64,000 nucleotides of DNA, taken from assembly GCA_026396175.1 (NCBI GenBank), contig JAPLXG010000008.1, forward strand, positions 659-64,658, read 5' to 3'. The translations under genes and the position numbers were made by a program. This document shows positions 17,772 to 27,289 of this stretch, piece after piece (positions within the stretch are counted from its first letter, which is position 1; each line of letters starts with the position of its first letter). The DNA comes from Candidatus Moraniibacteriota bacterium. Lineage in GTDB: Bacteria; Patescibacteriota; Minisyncoccia; Moranbacterales; UBA2206. The notes beneath the pieces are model-generated. The model ran no database searches. It had not been told where the DNA came from and was given only the letters and a program-made list of their open reading frames with translations.

Positions 17772-18631
17772 TTCAGTTTACTAAAATCCCGATAAGCTTT
17801 TTGCACGGCTAAATTTATTTCCGTCTTATTTTTTCTCACATCATTCCAGTTTTTCACTCTTCGCAAAAATGTATACGCGGGAATCCAAAGCTTAAGACAA
17901 TTTGGAACATTTTTGCGAAAAAATAAAAGCCCAGAAAGCACTAGCCAATACACCTTATTTTTTCTAACCTCTTCACTTTTTTCCAGGTGAGTAATCTGTG
18001 CGCCGGCCACAACCAAAAGTCCAAAGCCAGCTTTTTTCGCCCTAACGCTAAAATCCGCGTCTTCCCAATAAAGGAAAAAGTCTTCGTCCAGAAGGCCGAT
18101 TTTGGTAAAAACTTCCGCTCGCACCAGCATCGCGCATCCAGAAATAAAATCGGATCTGGTAAAATTACTTTCAATCAGCTCTTTCTTGTGCTCTGTCTTC
18201 ATGCGGAGCCAATCAATTTTTCCGCCGGAAAACCAAACTGCACGACCATCCCTGGCAAAAATCAACGGGCTCAAGATTCCTACCGTTTTATCGCTCTCGG
18301 CACTTTCAATCAACCGGCTCAAAAAATCCTTTTTCACCACCGTATCATTATTAAGCAGTAAAACATATTCCGCCATTCGCTCCAGGGAGTATTTTATTCC
18401 CACATTATTGCCGGCGGAAAAACCCAGATTGTGTTCATTTTTGATAAAAGTGGCGCGCGAAAAGCTTTGCCTTGCGCTTTCCAGGGACCCATCAATTGAA
18501 TTGTTGTCCACCGCTACGACTTCAAAGTTGGGGTAGCCCAAACAAAAAAGACTGGCGAGACTTCCCCGCAGACAGTCTTTGCCATTATAGTTCAAAACAA
18601 CGATACTAACTTTCGGATAAAGGCTTCTCAT
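17759..18631 (-). CDS. Glycosyltransferase family 2
   Basis: VDNNSIDGS, NLGFSAGNNVG, LLNNDT, FFLYWEDADF. Confidence 0.92.
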   Translation of the reverse strand: MRSLYPKVSIVVLNYNGKDCLRGSLASLFCLGYPNFEVVAVDNNSIDGSLESARQSFSRATFIKNEHNLGFSAGNNVGIKYSLERMAEYVLLLNNDTVVKKDFLSRLIESAESDKTVGILSPLIFARDGRAVWFSGGKIDWLRMKTEHKKELIESNFTRSDFISGCAMLVRAEVFTKIGLLDEDFFLYWEDADFSVRAKKAGFGLLVVAGAQITHLEKSEEVRKNKVYWLVLSGLLFFRKNVPNCLKLWIPAYTFLRRVKNWNDVRKNKTEINLAVQKAYRDFSKLKCKK

Positions 18632-20057
18632 ATTCAGTAACGCTCTGCTTACTAATTATGCTAGTTATTTCTGAAATTTCCACTGCTTGAAATAATCCCA
18701 GGGCCAAGCTGTAGACACAAACGCTACCAAAGCCTAGCAGATAAAAATTGCTTGCGCGGAAAATAAAAAGGAATCCCGCCATTACCACACCGGAAAGCAC
18801 GATCCTTGCGATCTTTTCTACTCGAGGGAAGTAATTTAATTGTTTAAAGACGAGGTAGCCCGTCGCGATTGCCACAAAAGCTTCCGTAGCAAAAGAAATT
18901 GCGGCGGCCGCTACATAGGAAAAGAGCGGGATAAGCACCAAATTCGCCAAAACATTAAAAACCGCCGCCGCAGAAAGAATATACATCAGTTTTTTTTGCA
19001 GATTTCCAGCAATCAAAATTGCATTAAATAGGTTGCTGAAAAATATTGCTGTCATCGCGAAAACTAGGATGCGCAAAACCAAGGCCGACTCGGAAAATCC
19101 CGCGCCACCGATGAGATAGATGAGGCCGTTGGAAAGAAAAAGCGTTCCCACGACAAGCGGCACGGTGAGTAGGGCAAAAACCTTGAAAGTCTTATTGGAA
19201 ATATCAAAAAATCTTTTCTCATCACTGAAAATATGTTGAGAAATAATCGGAAAAATCAATCCCACAATCATCGATGGGAAAAAGGAAATGTTTTCCAAAA
19301 CCTTATAGGCAACGTTATAAATTCCCACCTCCGCATTGCTTTTCATAATCGACAAAAGAATCGTGTCGACCTTAAAGTAAACAAAAACCACGATGGCCAT
19401 AATTCCGATTGGATAGGACTCAAGGAGAAATTTTTTCCAATAGCCAAAATCAAACGCTAGCCGCACTTTGATATATTTTTTTGACCAAAAATATACCAGA
19501 AAAAAACTGGCTATCATATTAAACAAGAGCGAGGTGATGATCCAGGAAAAACTCAATCTCAGCTTAACCGCCAAAATCACAACAGCCAGCTGAACAACTT
19601 TTCCTAAAAGCTCTGAAATGGCCACCTTGTCCATCGCCAAGTTTTTTTGAAAAACCCCATTTAAGATCTGATAGCTGGAAGAAAAAACCAGTGAGGCCGC
19701 AATAATCACAATGCCCCATTTAACCTCTTGGGAATAAGGTAAAAACAGAATTACGAAAAATGAAAGCAAAAAAATTGCCAGCGAAGAAATTATCCGCATC
19801 GAAAAAGCATTTGCCATAATCTCCTCCTCGTTTGCTCCGGGACGAGATATTTCGCGCGTCGAAAATTGATAGAGACCAAAATCGGAGACGGCGGAAAAGA
19901 AAGAAAGGAACGCGAGGACAGTAGCATAATCTCCAAAACCGCCCTTGCCCAAATAGCGGGTAATAAAACCGATTGCGGCAAGTGCGAGCGCTGTAGAGAG
20001 TATCTTAGAAATACTGCTCACCAGCACGTTATAGGCTATTTTTCTGGCAATAACCAT
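18606..20057 (-). CDS. Wzx-like polysaccharide flippase
   Basis: About 14 TM segments; TRYLG..GFGDY, DFGL, EVGIYNVAYK. Confidence 0.9.
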   Translation of the reverse strand: MVIARKIAYNVLVSSISKILSTALALAAIGFITRYLGKGGFGDYATVLAFLSFFSAVSDFGLYQFSTREISRPGANEEEIMANAFSMRIISSLAIFLLSFFVILFLPYSQEVKWGIVIIAASLVFSSSYQILNGVFQKNLAMDKVAISELLGKVVQLAVVILAVKLRLSFSWIITSLLFNMIASFFLVYFWSKKYIKVRLAFDFGYWKKFLLESYPIGIMAIVVFVYFKVDTILLSIMKSNAEVGIYNVAYKVLENISFFPSMIVGLIFPIISQHIFSDEKRFFDISNKTFKVFALLTVPLVVGTLFLSNGLIYLIGGAGFSESALVLRILVFAMTAIFFSNLFNAILIAGNLQKKLMYILSAAAVFNVLANLVLIPLFSYVAAAAISFATEAFVAIATGYLVFKQLNYFPRVEKIARIVLSGVVMAGFLFIFRASNFYLLGFGSVCVYSLALGLFQAVEISEITSIISKQSVTEYEKPLSES

Positions 20058-20062
20058 AAGAA

Positions 20063-20212
20063 ATAAATTTGAAATTTGAAATTTGAAATTTTAATTCAAA
20101 TCCAAATTATCTCGTACACCTAAGCTCCGGCGTAAGGTGGTTAGATTTTTTAATTTTAAGCATTTTATCATTTGAAATTGATTTTAAATTTTAAATTTCA
20201 AATTGAAAATTA
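20063..20212. repeat. ORF-less heptamer inverted repeat with a GC-rich central insert (~20109-20143)
   Basis: AATTTGAAATTTGAAATTTGAAATTTT ... TTTAAATTTCAAATTGAAAATT. Confidence 0.75.
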
Positions 20213-20683
20213 TTGCTCCAGGGGCTTTATCACAATCCTCCGTGATTCTCCTTCGCCGATGCTTTCTGTTTTGATTTGATTATTTTTTGAAAGCTCCATA
20301 TGCACAATTCTTCTTTCATAGGCAGTCATGGGACGCATGACCACTTCTTTTTTTTCTACTATCACTTCCTGGGCAAGATTTTTCGCCAAGCGCACAATTG
20401 AATCGTTCTTTTCTTGGCGATAAGAATTAACATCCAAAATAAAATTAACCGGTTCTTCAAGGCGTTTTCGGATGATTACCCGCACGATATGTTGCAACGA
20501 CTGCAAGTTTAGTCCGTATTGCCCGATTAAAAAATTAGAGTCCTCCGTTTTAATATCACACACTATCATATCCTTTCCTTCCTCTTGGGCGTCTCTCACT
20601 TTAACCGTTGCAATAAAGCCCATTTTTTCAATCAGCTCGGCAACAATCCCCACTATCTCTTTTTCCAGTTGTGCTCTTTCCAT
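20210..20683 (-). CDS. jag: Jag/KhpB RNA-binding protein (KH + R3H)
   Basis: LIGQYG.NL.SLQ, DVNSYR, PM.AYERRIVH; follows yidC. Confidence 0.9.
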   Translation of the reverse strand: MERAQLEKEIVGIVAELIEKMGFIATVKVRDAQEEGKDMIVCDIKTEDSNFLIGQYGLNLQSLQHIVRVIIRKRLEEPVNFILDVNSYRQEKNDSIVRLAKNLAQEVIVEKKEVVMRPMTAYERRIVHMELSKNNQIKTESIGEGESRRIVIKPLEQ

Positions 20684-20752
20684 CTGATTTAATTCGCCCA
20701 GTGTCCGCTACATCCCCCTAGTCTAGCGCTGACGCTTAGGTTTATTTAAAAT

Positions 20753-21538
20753 TTACAATTTAACAGCGGTGGCATTTTTCAGTTTCTCAAGATATTCTTG
20801 TTGAGCAATCATAAACAGGGTTGACACCAGCCAATATAGCGCGAGTCCGGCCGGGAACTTGATTCCGATAAACAGCGTCATAATAGGAGCGAGGTAAAGC
20901 ATCTGCTTGGACATAACTTGGGCGAAATCTGGATTTTTGTCGTCTTTTTTTCCTAATTTAGCATCCTTTTGGCTTTTTGTCGCCATCAGCATTTTGGTTT
21001 GGATATATTGCGCTCCGGCCGCAGCGATTACGAGAATAATATGGGCAATATTACCGGCGCTCAGACTCTTGAAATCCACAATGCTGGAAAGATCAATAAG
21101 ACCCAAAAATAGATGCTTGATCTGACCGGGATTGTGCATAAATAGATACAAATCACTACTATTGACCATTAGGCCGTTTTTGGAGATATTAAACAGCACT
21201 CGATAGATCGCAATCAGAAACACTAACTGAAAAACCATCGGCAGACACCCAGAAAAAGGATTGGCCTTGTTTTCCTTATAAAACTCCATCAGCGCCCGAC
21301 TTTGCTTCTCTTTGTCATTTTTGTATTTATCCTGAATTTCCTTTATCTTAGGCTGCAATTCCTGCATTTTCTTTTGCGATTCAATCTGTTTTCTGCTGAG
21401 CGGCAGGAGGATAAGCTTGATAATTATCGTAACTAAGATAATTGCAATGCCAAAATCATGGAGTGGCACGATATTGTAAGTAAAAATCAACAGGTTGTAA
21501 ATTGGTCGATAAACAAACTCGTTAAATAGAAATCCCAT
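20753..21538 (-). CDS. yidC: Membrane protein insertase YidC
   Basis: LQPKIKEIQDKYK, NPFSGCLP, FPAGLALYW. Confidence 0.95.
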   Translation of the reverse strand: MGFLFNEFVYRPIYNLLIFTYNIVPLHDFGIAIILVTIIIKLILLPLSRKQIESQKKMQELQPKIKEIQDKYKNDKEKQSRALMEFYKENKANPFSGCLPMVFQLVFLIAIYRVLFNISKNGLMVNSSDLYLFMHNPGQIKHLFLGLIDLSSIVDFKSLSAGNIAHIILVIAAAGAQYIQTKMLMATKSQKDAKLGKKDDKNPDFAQVMSKQMLYLAPIMTLFIGIKFPAGLALYWLVSTLFMIAQQEYLEKLKNATAVKL

Positions 21539-21579
21539 TTTGTTTTTATGCTACTCTTTTTTTAAAATAAGTAGTAAGA

Positions 21580-21918
21580 TTATTCTTTAAATAAGCCATT
21601 TTTCACTAAAATTTGCCTGATTGTCGGCCCGGGATTCGCTTTTTCCTCCCAGGTTTTTCCCACAATAACCACAACATCCTGACTGGTAGCAATTCTTGCC
21701 AAATTTTGCTCAAAAAAAGCCCTAACTTGGCGCTTCATTCGATTGCGAGCAACTGCTTTCGAGGAAAACTTGAGCCCGACCGACACGCCAAGTCGCACCA
21801 ATCCGAGCTGATTTTCCCGTATCCTTAAAATCAGCCCATCAGCAGAAAAAGACCTGCTATAGCGACAAATTGCCCCAAAATCAGCGCCCTCTCTAATTCG
21901 ATTCTTTTTCGGTAACAT
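21580..21918 (-). CDS. rnpA: Ribonuclease P protein component
   Basis: MLPKKNRI, RLGVSVGLK..SKAVARNRMKRQVR. Confidence 0.93.
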   Translation of the reverse strand: MLPKKNRIREGADFGAICRYSRSFSADGLILRIRENQLGLVRLGVSVGLKFSSKAVARNRMKRQVRAFFEQNLARIATSQDVVVIVGKTWEEKANPGPTIRQILVKNGLFKE

Positions 21919-21943
21919 TTTCAGGTTTTAACCAGTTAAAAAA

Positions 21944-22081
21944 CTAGACTGTTGTCAATTTTGCGCGACCCTTTCTTCTTCGCGCTTTTAGCACGTTTTT
22001 TCCCGAAGGAGTGCTGTTTCTCTCGATAAAACCATGGCTTCTTTTCCTTTTAATGCTTTTCGGTTTGTATGTTACGCTCAT
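21944..22081 (-). CDS. rpmH: 50S ribosomal protein L34 (absent from the ORF track)
   Basis: Hand translation MSVTYKPKSIKRKRSHGFIERNSTPSGKNVLKARRRKGRAKLTTV; canonical position. Confidence 0.95.
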   Translation of the reverse strand: MSVTYKPKSIKRKRSHGFIERNSTPSGKNVLKARRRKGRAKLTTV

Positions 22082-22490
22082 TTATTTAACCTTTAAACTA
22101 TTTATAACTAACCAATTAGAAGTTTATCAATTATTCGCCAAAAAGTCAATCAAAAAGCCTTTTTTGTCTCGCAACCACCACAAGGCCTACCGCCAACCCA
22201 AAAGCAAGCTTCTCTATAGCCAAGTTTTAGCAAAGAAAAAACTGGCAAGCTTAAGGGCTCTAAAAAAATAAAGGTAGGCTCAAAAATACCCCGCGCTTTG
22301 AAGATTGCTTTTGGGCTGGGCCTAAGCCTTGAGTCAATCTTCGCTAACACTTGCTTTTTTTGTTTTTTTATATTAGCTTTAAATCATATTAACAGCTTAT
22401 CCCCAGGTTCTAAACGTTCCTCCCATATTGTCTTTTTTTGCTTTATGCTATACTTTTTCTAAGTAAGCATCTTTTATTTCATCAATCAAA

Positions 22491-23867
22491 ATGACCAACG
22501 AAGAACTCTGGCAATCAGCGCTTAATGAAATAGAGTTGTCTATTTCTAAGGCCAACTTTATCACCTGGCTCAAGGGGACTAGGATTATTTCTAACACGGA
22601 AGGAAAAATTGTTATTAGTGTTCCCAATGGTTTTGCCAAGGAATGGTTGGAAAATAAATATAACGCCTACATCCTGAAAGCTTTGCGCAACATCCAACCA
22701 GACATTAAATCCGCCACCTGCCTTATCGCCACACCCAAAGAAGAATATCTTCCCCGCAAAGAATCAATGATGGATGCGATCATTGCTCCGCAAAAAAATG
22801 ATTCGCGCATAGAAAAAAAGAATTTTACGGTAAACATCGAAAATAATCTTAACCCCAAATATACTTTTGAAAATTTCATCATTGGCGGAAATAATGAACT
22901 AGCACACGCCGCTTGCGTAGCAGTATCCCAAAATCTTGGTAAAATCTATAACCCGCTTTTCATTTATGGCGGAGTGGGCCTCGGGAAAACCCACCTCATC
23001 CAATCAATCGGCAACAAAATCCTCGAGAAAAACCCTGCGTTTAAGGTAAAATACATCACTTCAGAAAGATTCACCTCCAACCTAATTGACGCCCTGCAAA
23101 ACCAAAAAATCAATGAGTTTAAGGAATATTACCAAAAAATGGATATCCTGATTATTGATGATATTCAGTTCATTTCCGGCAAAGAAAAAACGCAGGAAGA
23201 ATTTTTTCACATTTTCAATTATCTCTACCAGCTCAACAAGCAAATCGTGCTTAGTAGTGATCGTCCACCCAAATCGATTCAAATCCTTGAGGAAAGATTA
23301 CGTTCGCGCTTTGAAGGAGGAATGATTGCGGACGTCTCCAGCCCAGACCTAGAAACGCGCCTCGCGATTTTGAGAAAAAAAGTAGCCGATGAAGAGCTGG
23401 AAATCAGTGAGGACGCCTTGCTTTTTGTCGCTACTAACATCAAAAATAATATCCGCGAACTAGAAGGTGCCCTAAACCGACTAATTGTCTCTTCTCAATT
23501 GACCGGCGCGGAAATAACTGTCGCCTTTGCTAAAAACCAACTGTCCGAGCTAATTTCCAGTGGGATTAAGAAAGGTATCACACCAAAACACATCATTAAA
23601 GCCGTTTCTGCTTTTTATGACATTGACCAAAATGATCTGGTTTTGAAAAATCGTAAAAAAGAAATTGTCAGACCCAGGCAGGTGGCAATGTACCTACTGC
23701 GCAGTGAGATAGATTTTTCCTATCCTGGTATTGGTGAAAAGTTAGGCGGGAGAGATCACACAACAGCCATCCACGCTTTTGAAAAAATTTCTAAAAACCT
23801 CCTAACCGATGCCAAGTTAAATGAAGAAATTGCTCAAATTAAAAACCAACTTTACAAATTAGACTAA
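22491..23867 (+). CDS. dnaA: Chromosomal replication initiator DnaA
   Basis: LNPKYTFENF, YNPLFIYGGVGLGKTHL, IDDIQF, GGRDHTT. Confidence 0.99.
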   Translation: MTNEELWQSALNEIELSISKANFITWLKGTRIISNTEGKIVISVPNGFAKEWLENKYNAYILKALRNIQPDIKSATCLIATPKEEYLPRKESMMDAIIAPQKNDSRIEKKNFTVNIENNLNPKYTFENFIIGGNNELAHAACVAVSQNLGKIYNPLFIYGGVGLGKTHLIQSIGNKILEKNPAFKVKYITSERFTSNLIDALQNQKINEFKEYYQKMDILIIDDIQFISGKEKTQEEFFHIFNYLYQLNKQIVLSSDRPPKSIQILEERLRSRFEGGMIADVSSPDLETRLAILRKKVADEELEISEDALLFVATNIKNNIRELEGALNRLIVSSQLTGAEITVAFAKNQLSELISSGIKKGITPKHIIKAVSAFYDIDQNDLVLKNRKKEIVRPRQVAMYLLRSEIDFSYPGIGEKLGGRDHTTAIHAFEKISKNLLTDAKLNEEIAQIKNQLYKLD

Positions 23868-24134
23868 TTACTTGTGGATAAGTTGTTGTAAACCATCGCA
23901 AAACACTTTTCTCGCATATTCCACTCTTGTGGATAACTTGGCTAAATAAAAAATTAAATCTCAAAACAACCACCCGAGCCACCACTTATCCGAGACAAAA
24001 AATCAATCCTATCCACCAAACACTCACAACCATTTCCCCTCAGTTAAGCGATATTTCAGACTTATCCACAACTTTCCTTTTTATAATAATAACAATAATA
24101 ATTTTATATTAATTAATAAAATACTAATACCCCC
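23868..24134. promoter_or_regulatory. Probable oriC: DnaA boxes plus DnaA-trio-like AT-rich unwinding element
   Basis: Perfect boxes TGTGGATAA at 23873 and 23928 and TTATCCACA at 24062; ATAATAATAACAATAATAA tract at ~24083-24101. Confidence 0.88.
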
Positions 24135-25295
24135 ATGAAACTCATTTGCACACAAGATAATTTTAAAAAAGCGATCACTAATTCTGAGCGAATCGTTTCT
24201 CGACAAAATACATTACCAATTCTAAATAATATTCTCTTAGAAGCGAGTAAAGGTTATTTGAAAATTACCGCGACTAACTTGGAAATTGGAATTGAGATTA
24301 AAATTGGCGCTAAAATAGAAAAAGAAGGTCGCATTACTGTTCCTGCTAAACTCCTGGGTAATTTTTCCAGCAACTTGACTGAAGGAGAAAATATGGACAT
24401 TGAGGCGACAGATCAAAATTTGAAAATTAAAAATGGCTCAACAAAAGCGATGATAAAAGGTTTTTCCGCCGAAGACTTTCCTTTAATTCCCCAGAAAAAC
24501 ACCGAAAAAGCGCTAGGTATTGCAATAACCCAATTGAAAGATATTTTTTCCAAAATTCTTATCTCTGTGGCGCATAATGAAGCGCGGCAAGAACTGACTG
24601 GGGTGAATGTTACTTTTGGGGAAAAGGAATTACTTTTCGCTTCCACGGACGGATTTCGTCTTTCGGAGTATGTCTTGAAACTAAATGAAGGTAGTGTGAA
24701 TCGGGAGCGCTACAGCGAGTTGATGGAAAAAACTAAAAACATTATTATCCCAACCAACACACTACTAGAGTTAAATCGGATTATTTCCAATAATTTTGAG
24801 GATGGGGAGGTGGGAATTTTTATTGAAGAAGGGCAGATTTTCTTTGAGGTGAGGGAGATAAAGTTGGTTTCTCGCCTGATTAATGGAAAATATCCGGAAT
24901 ATAAACACATAATGCCGCAAAACTATAAAACTACAATTACTGGTGAGCGCAAAGTGTTGCAAAACGCCCTGAAAATCGCGGGAGTTTTTGTGAATAATAA
25001 ATCCAATGAAGTGGTGCTAAAAATTGACGCCGGTGAAAATAAAATAATTATCGACACTAAGAGCGCGGAGGTGGGCGAAAACTCAACAGAAATCAATTTC
25101 AAAGCCCAAGGGGAATCCCAAGAAATTGTTTTTAACTTGAAATATTTACTCGAAGGGATTAATGTGGTTACGACGAATAGTTTAGCCCTATCGGCCAACA
25201 GCGATTCTTCTCCGGTGGCAATTCGCGAGTTGGACACAAAAACCGGCGAACCGCTGAATAATTTTACCTATATTATTATGCCAATAAAAAATTAA
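24135..25295 (+). CDS. dnaN: DNA polymerase III beta clamp
   Basis: TLPILNNILL, ATNLEI, STDGFRL, SRLINGKYPEY, IIMPI. Confidence 0.97.
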   Translation: MKLICTQDNFKKAITNSERIVSRQNTLPILNNILLEASKGYLKITATNLEIGIEIKIGAKIEKEGRITVPAKLLGNFSSNLTEGENMDIEATDQNLKIKNGSTKAMIKGFSAEDFPLIPQKNTEKALGIAITQLKDIFSKILISVAHNEARQELTGVNVTFGEKELLFASTDGFRLSEYVLKLNEGSVNRERYSELMEKTKNIIIPTNTLLELNRIISNNFEDGEVGIFIEEGQIFFEVREIKLVSRLINGKYPEYKHIMPQNYKTTITGERKVLQNALKIAGVFVNNKSNEVVLKIDAGENKIIIDTKSAEVGENSTEINFKAQGESQEIVFNLKYLLEGINVVTTNSLALSANSDSSPVAIRELDTKTGEPLNNFTYIIMPIKN

Positions 25296-25320
25296 AATTA
25301 TAACCTATACTTCTTAAACC

Positions 25321-25438
25321 ACATTAGGGTCATTAGAGTGTAAATTTGAGTATTAGTGTCGCTATAAGGGCTCAATATGCGACTCTAATTTACGAACCTG
25401 CCTGCCGGTAGGCAGGTAAGCACCCGAATGTCGCGAAT
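25321..25438. repeat. Inverted copy of the 10466 repeat with the 20-bp insert at 25397-25416
   Basis: Direct alignment of the filled and empty sites. Confidence 0.9.
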
Positions 25439-25469
25439 GGTATAGATGTGTAAGTTATAAATATAAAAA

Positions 25470-25751
25470 ATGAAAGCGCTTAGTGATATTTTAAGTGGCA
25501 GAAGATTGCAAAAAAAGCAGATTTTGGATGATAAGACTGTTTTTTTTGTGTTCAAAAAAGTGATCGAAGCGGAATTTGGTCAAATTGGGAAAACTAAATT
25601 CACCCCAGATTATTTCGCCAAAAGAATTTTGTTTGTCAAAGCCCAAAATAGCGCCTGGTCGGCGGAACTTTGGACGAATAAAGCGCGGATCATTAAAAAA
25701 ATCAACGAAGAACTTGGGGAAGAGGGGGTGGAGAATATTAAGATGAAATGA
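25470..25751 (+). CDS. DciA / DUF721 family protein
   Basis: ILFVKAQNSAWSAEL...IIKKINEELG; follows dnaN. Confidence 0.75.
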   Translation: MKALSDILSGRRLQKKQILDDKTVFFVFKKVIEAEFGQIGKTKFTPDYFAKRILFVKAQNSAWSAELWTNKARIIKKINEELGEEGVENIKMK

Positions 25752-25870
25752 GTTTTTTTGATGGTATATGAAATGTGCACAGTATTGAAATAGTAATTAT
25801 GAAAAAAGATGTTGAGTGAGGCTTATGCTATAATCTAGCTATAGCATCTCAGAAGCATAATCTAAAAACT

Positions 25871-27211
25871 ATGAGTATTGATAATCAAGATGAATATAAA
25901 ATAGGTATGACGGAATTACCGAAAAAACTTGTCGAGAAAGAACAGTCGGTGTTTTTGAAAATTTTAAGCGATCCTCAGTATGGGCAAATTTTTAAAGAAG
26001 AGCAGTTGAAATACAAAGAGGAGGAAGTCGGTCGCGAAGCTACGGGGAAAGTTGATTTTAATGTGATTCCAACACAAGAAATACACAAAAGAGCCAAGGA
26101 AAGGTTTGTGAAAGAATTTTCCCAACAAGCGACGAAATATCCGGAAACAAAATTATTAGCAGAAAAACAAAATCTTTCTGAAAATAAGCAACAGCTAGAT
26201 CAGTCGATTGAAAAAGACACAGCTAACTTAAAAAGCGCCCTGAAAAAACTGGACATACCGGAAAATGTTGCAAATAAGGCGCCAAGTATTCTGATGGCAA
26301 AAGCAAGCTCGGAGAGAATGGATAAAAAATTAGCTAAAACAGAAGAAGCTCTTAGGCAAGAAGAAAAACAAGGAGAGTTAATGGGATCATTCTTAGAAAG
26401 AGAATATGGAGCCAAAAAAGACAGTCATATCGAAAAAGCAAAAGAGGAATTGCCGGAAAAGGGAGTGGCAGAATTTTTAGCGGATAAGCCGGAAGATAAA
26501 AACAATGAACTAAAAAGTGAAATTGGGGAAAAAATAGAAAAAGCTAATCAAGAGGGAAGGCCGTTGGAAAAAGACCAAGAAGAAGCATTGCGCAAAAAAG
26601 CGGTTGGGGGACTTTCGCAAGAATCGACGGAACAAAAAGAAACAGAAAGCAGCGTTCTTGATGATATGGAGCAACCTAGCGTAGGTGAATTAAAGAATGA
26701 AGACAGAGAAAGTGGCGGGGAAAATAGTGAACAGAAATCAGCAGGAGTGGCCTTGGAAAAAATCAGAATGCATGAATTTTCCGGCTATACTAAGGATTTA
26801 GTGAACACTTTACGCAGAAGAGAGGATGATAATCTTTCGCCTATTATCGATCCTAAAGCTATAGGCTATTTGGCTCAGACTGCAGATCAGCTGGAAGATT
26901 TGTTTCGTAATAAAAAAGCTAAGCCAGAAGATGTTAACCAAGCTATCTTAAAAGTCGTAGCAGTTATTAATGCTATTGGAAAAGATTTGCCAAGAACGGG
27001 GATGGTTAGGGATAATTCAGAGAGTCTGAGGCGAGTTGCCTATAACCTGAGAAACTTAGGAGAAAGCAGCCGCAATATTATGATTCAGCTTGGTGGGAAG
27101 GAAGATCCTAATCTCAAAGAAACCGTTGGTCGTTTTGGTCAACTTCTTAATCTCACAGAAGAAAGGTGGGGCTATGTGAACAGAAAAGTAGGCATTTTGG
27201 AGAATAGATAG
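25871..27211 (+). CDS. Hypothetical E/K-rich helical protein
   Basis: 446-aa ORF without recognised motif. Confidence 0.75.
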   Translation: MSIDNQDEYKIGMTELPKKLVEKEQSVFLKILSDPQYGQIFKEEQLKYKEEEVGREATGKVDFNVIPTQEIHKRAKERFVKEFSQQATKYPETKLLAEKQNLSENKQQLDQSIEKDTANLKSALKKLDIPENVANKAPSILMAKASSERMDKKLAKTEEALRQEEKQGELMGSFLEREYGAKKDSHIEKAKEELPEKGVAEFLADKPEDKNNELKSEIGEKIEKANQEGRPLEKDQEEALRKKAVGGLSQESTEQKETESSVLDDMEQPSVGELKNEDRESGGENSEQKSAGVALEKIRMHEFSGYTKDLVNTLRRREDDNLSPIIDPKAIGYLAQTADQLEDLFRNKKAKPEDVNQAILKVVAVINAIGKDLPRTGMVRDNSESLRRVAYNLRNLGESSRNIMIQLGGKEDPNLKETVGRFGQLLNLTEERWGYVNRKVGILENR

Positions 27212-27233
27212 GCCAGCTAAAGAATTGGAAACA

Positions 27234-27268
27234 AAAAACAGCTCCGACGTAACGTCGGAGCTGTTTTT
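27234..27268. terminator. Bidirectional terminator
   Basis: AAAAACAGCTCCGACGT-A-ACGTCGGAGCTGTTTTT between convergent genes. Confidence 0.8.
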
Positions 27269-27289
27269 GAAGATGGAATATAAAAACGA

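Noticed and set aside
22011-22639. Short ORFs between rpmH and dnaA and the many antisense shadow ORFs in the track
   Set aside because: They overlap well supported genes or promoter regions and have no motifs or start signals.
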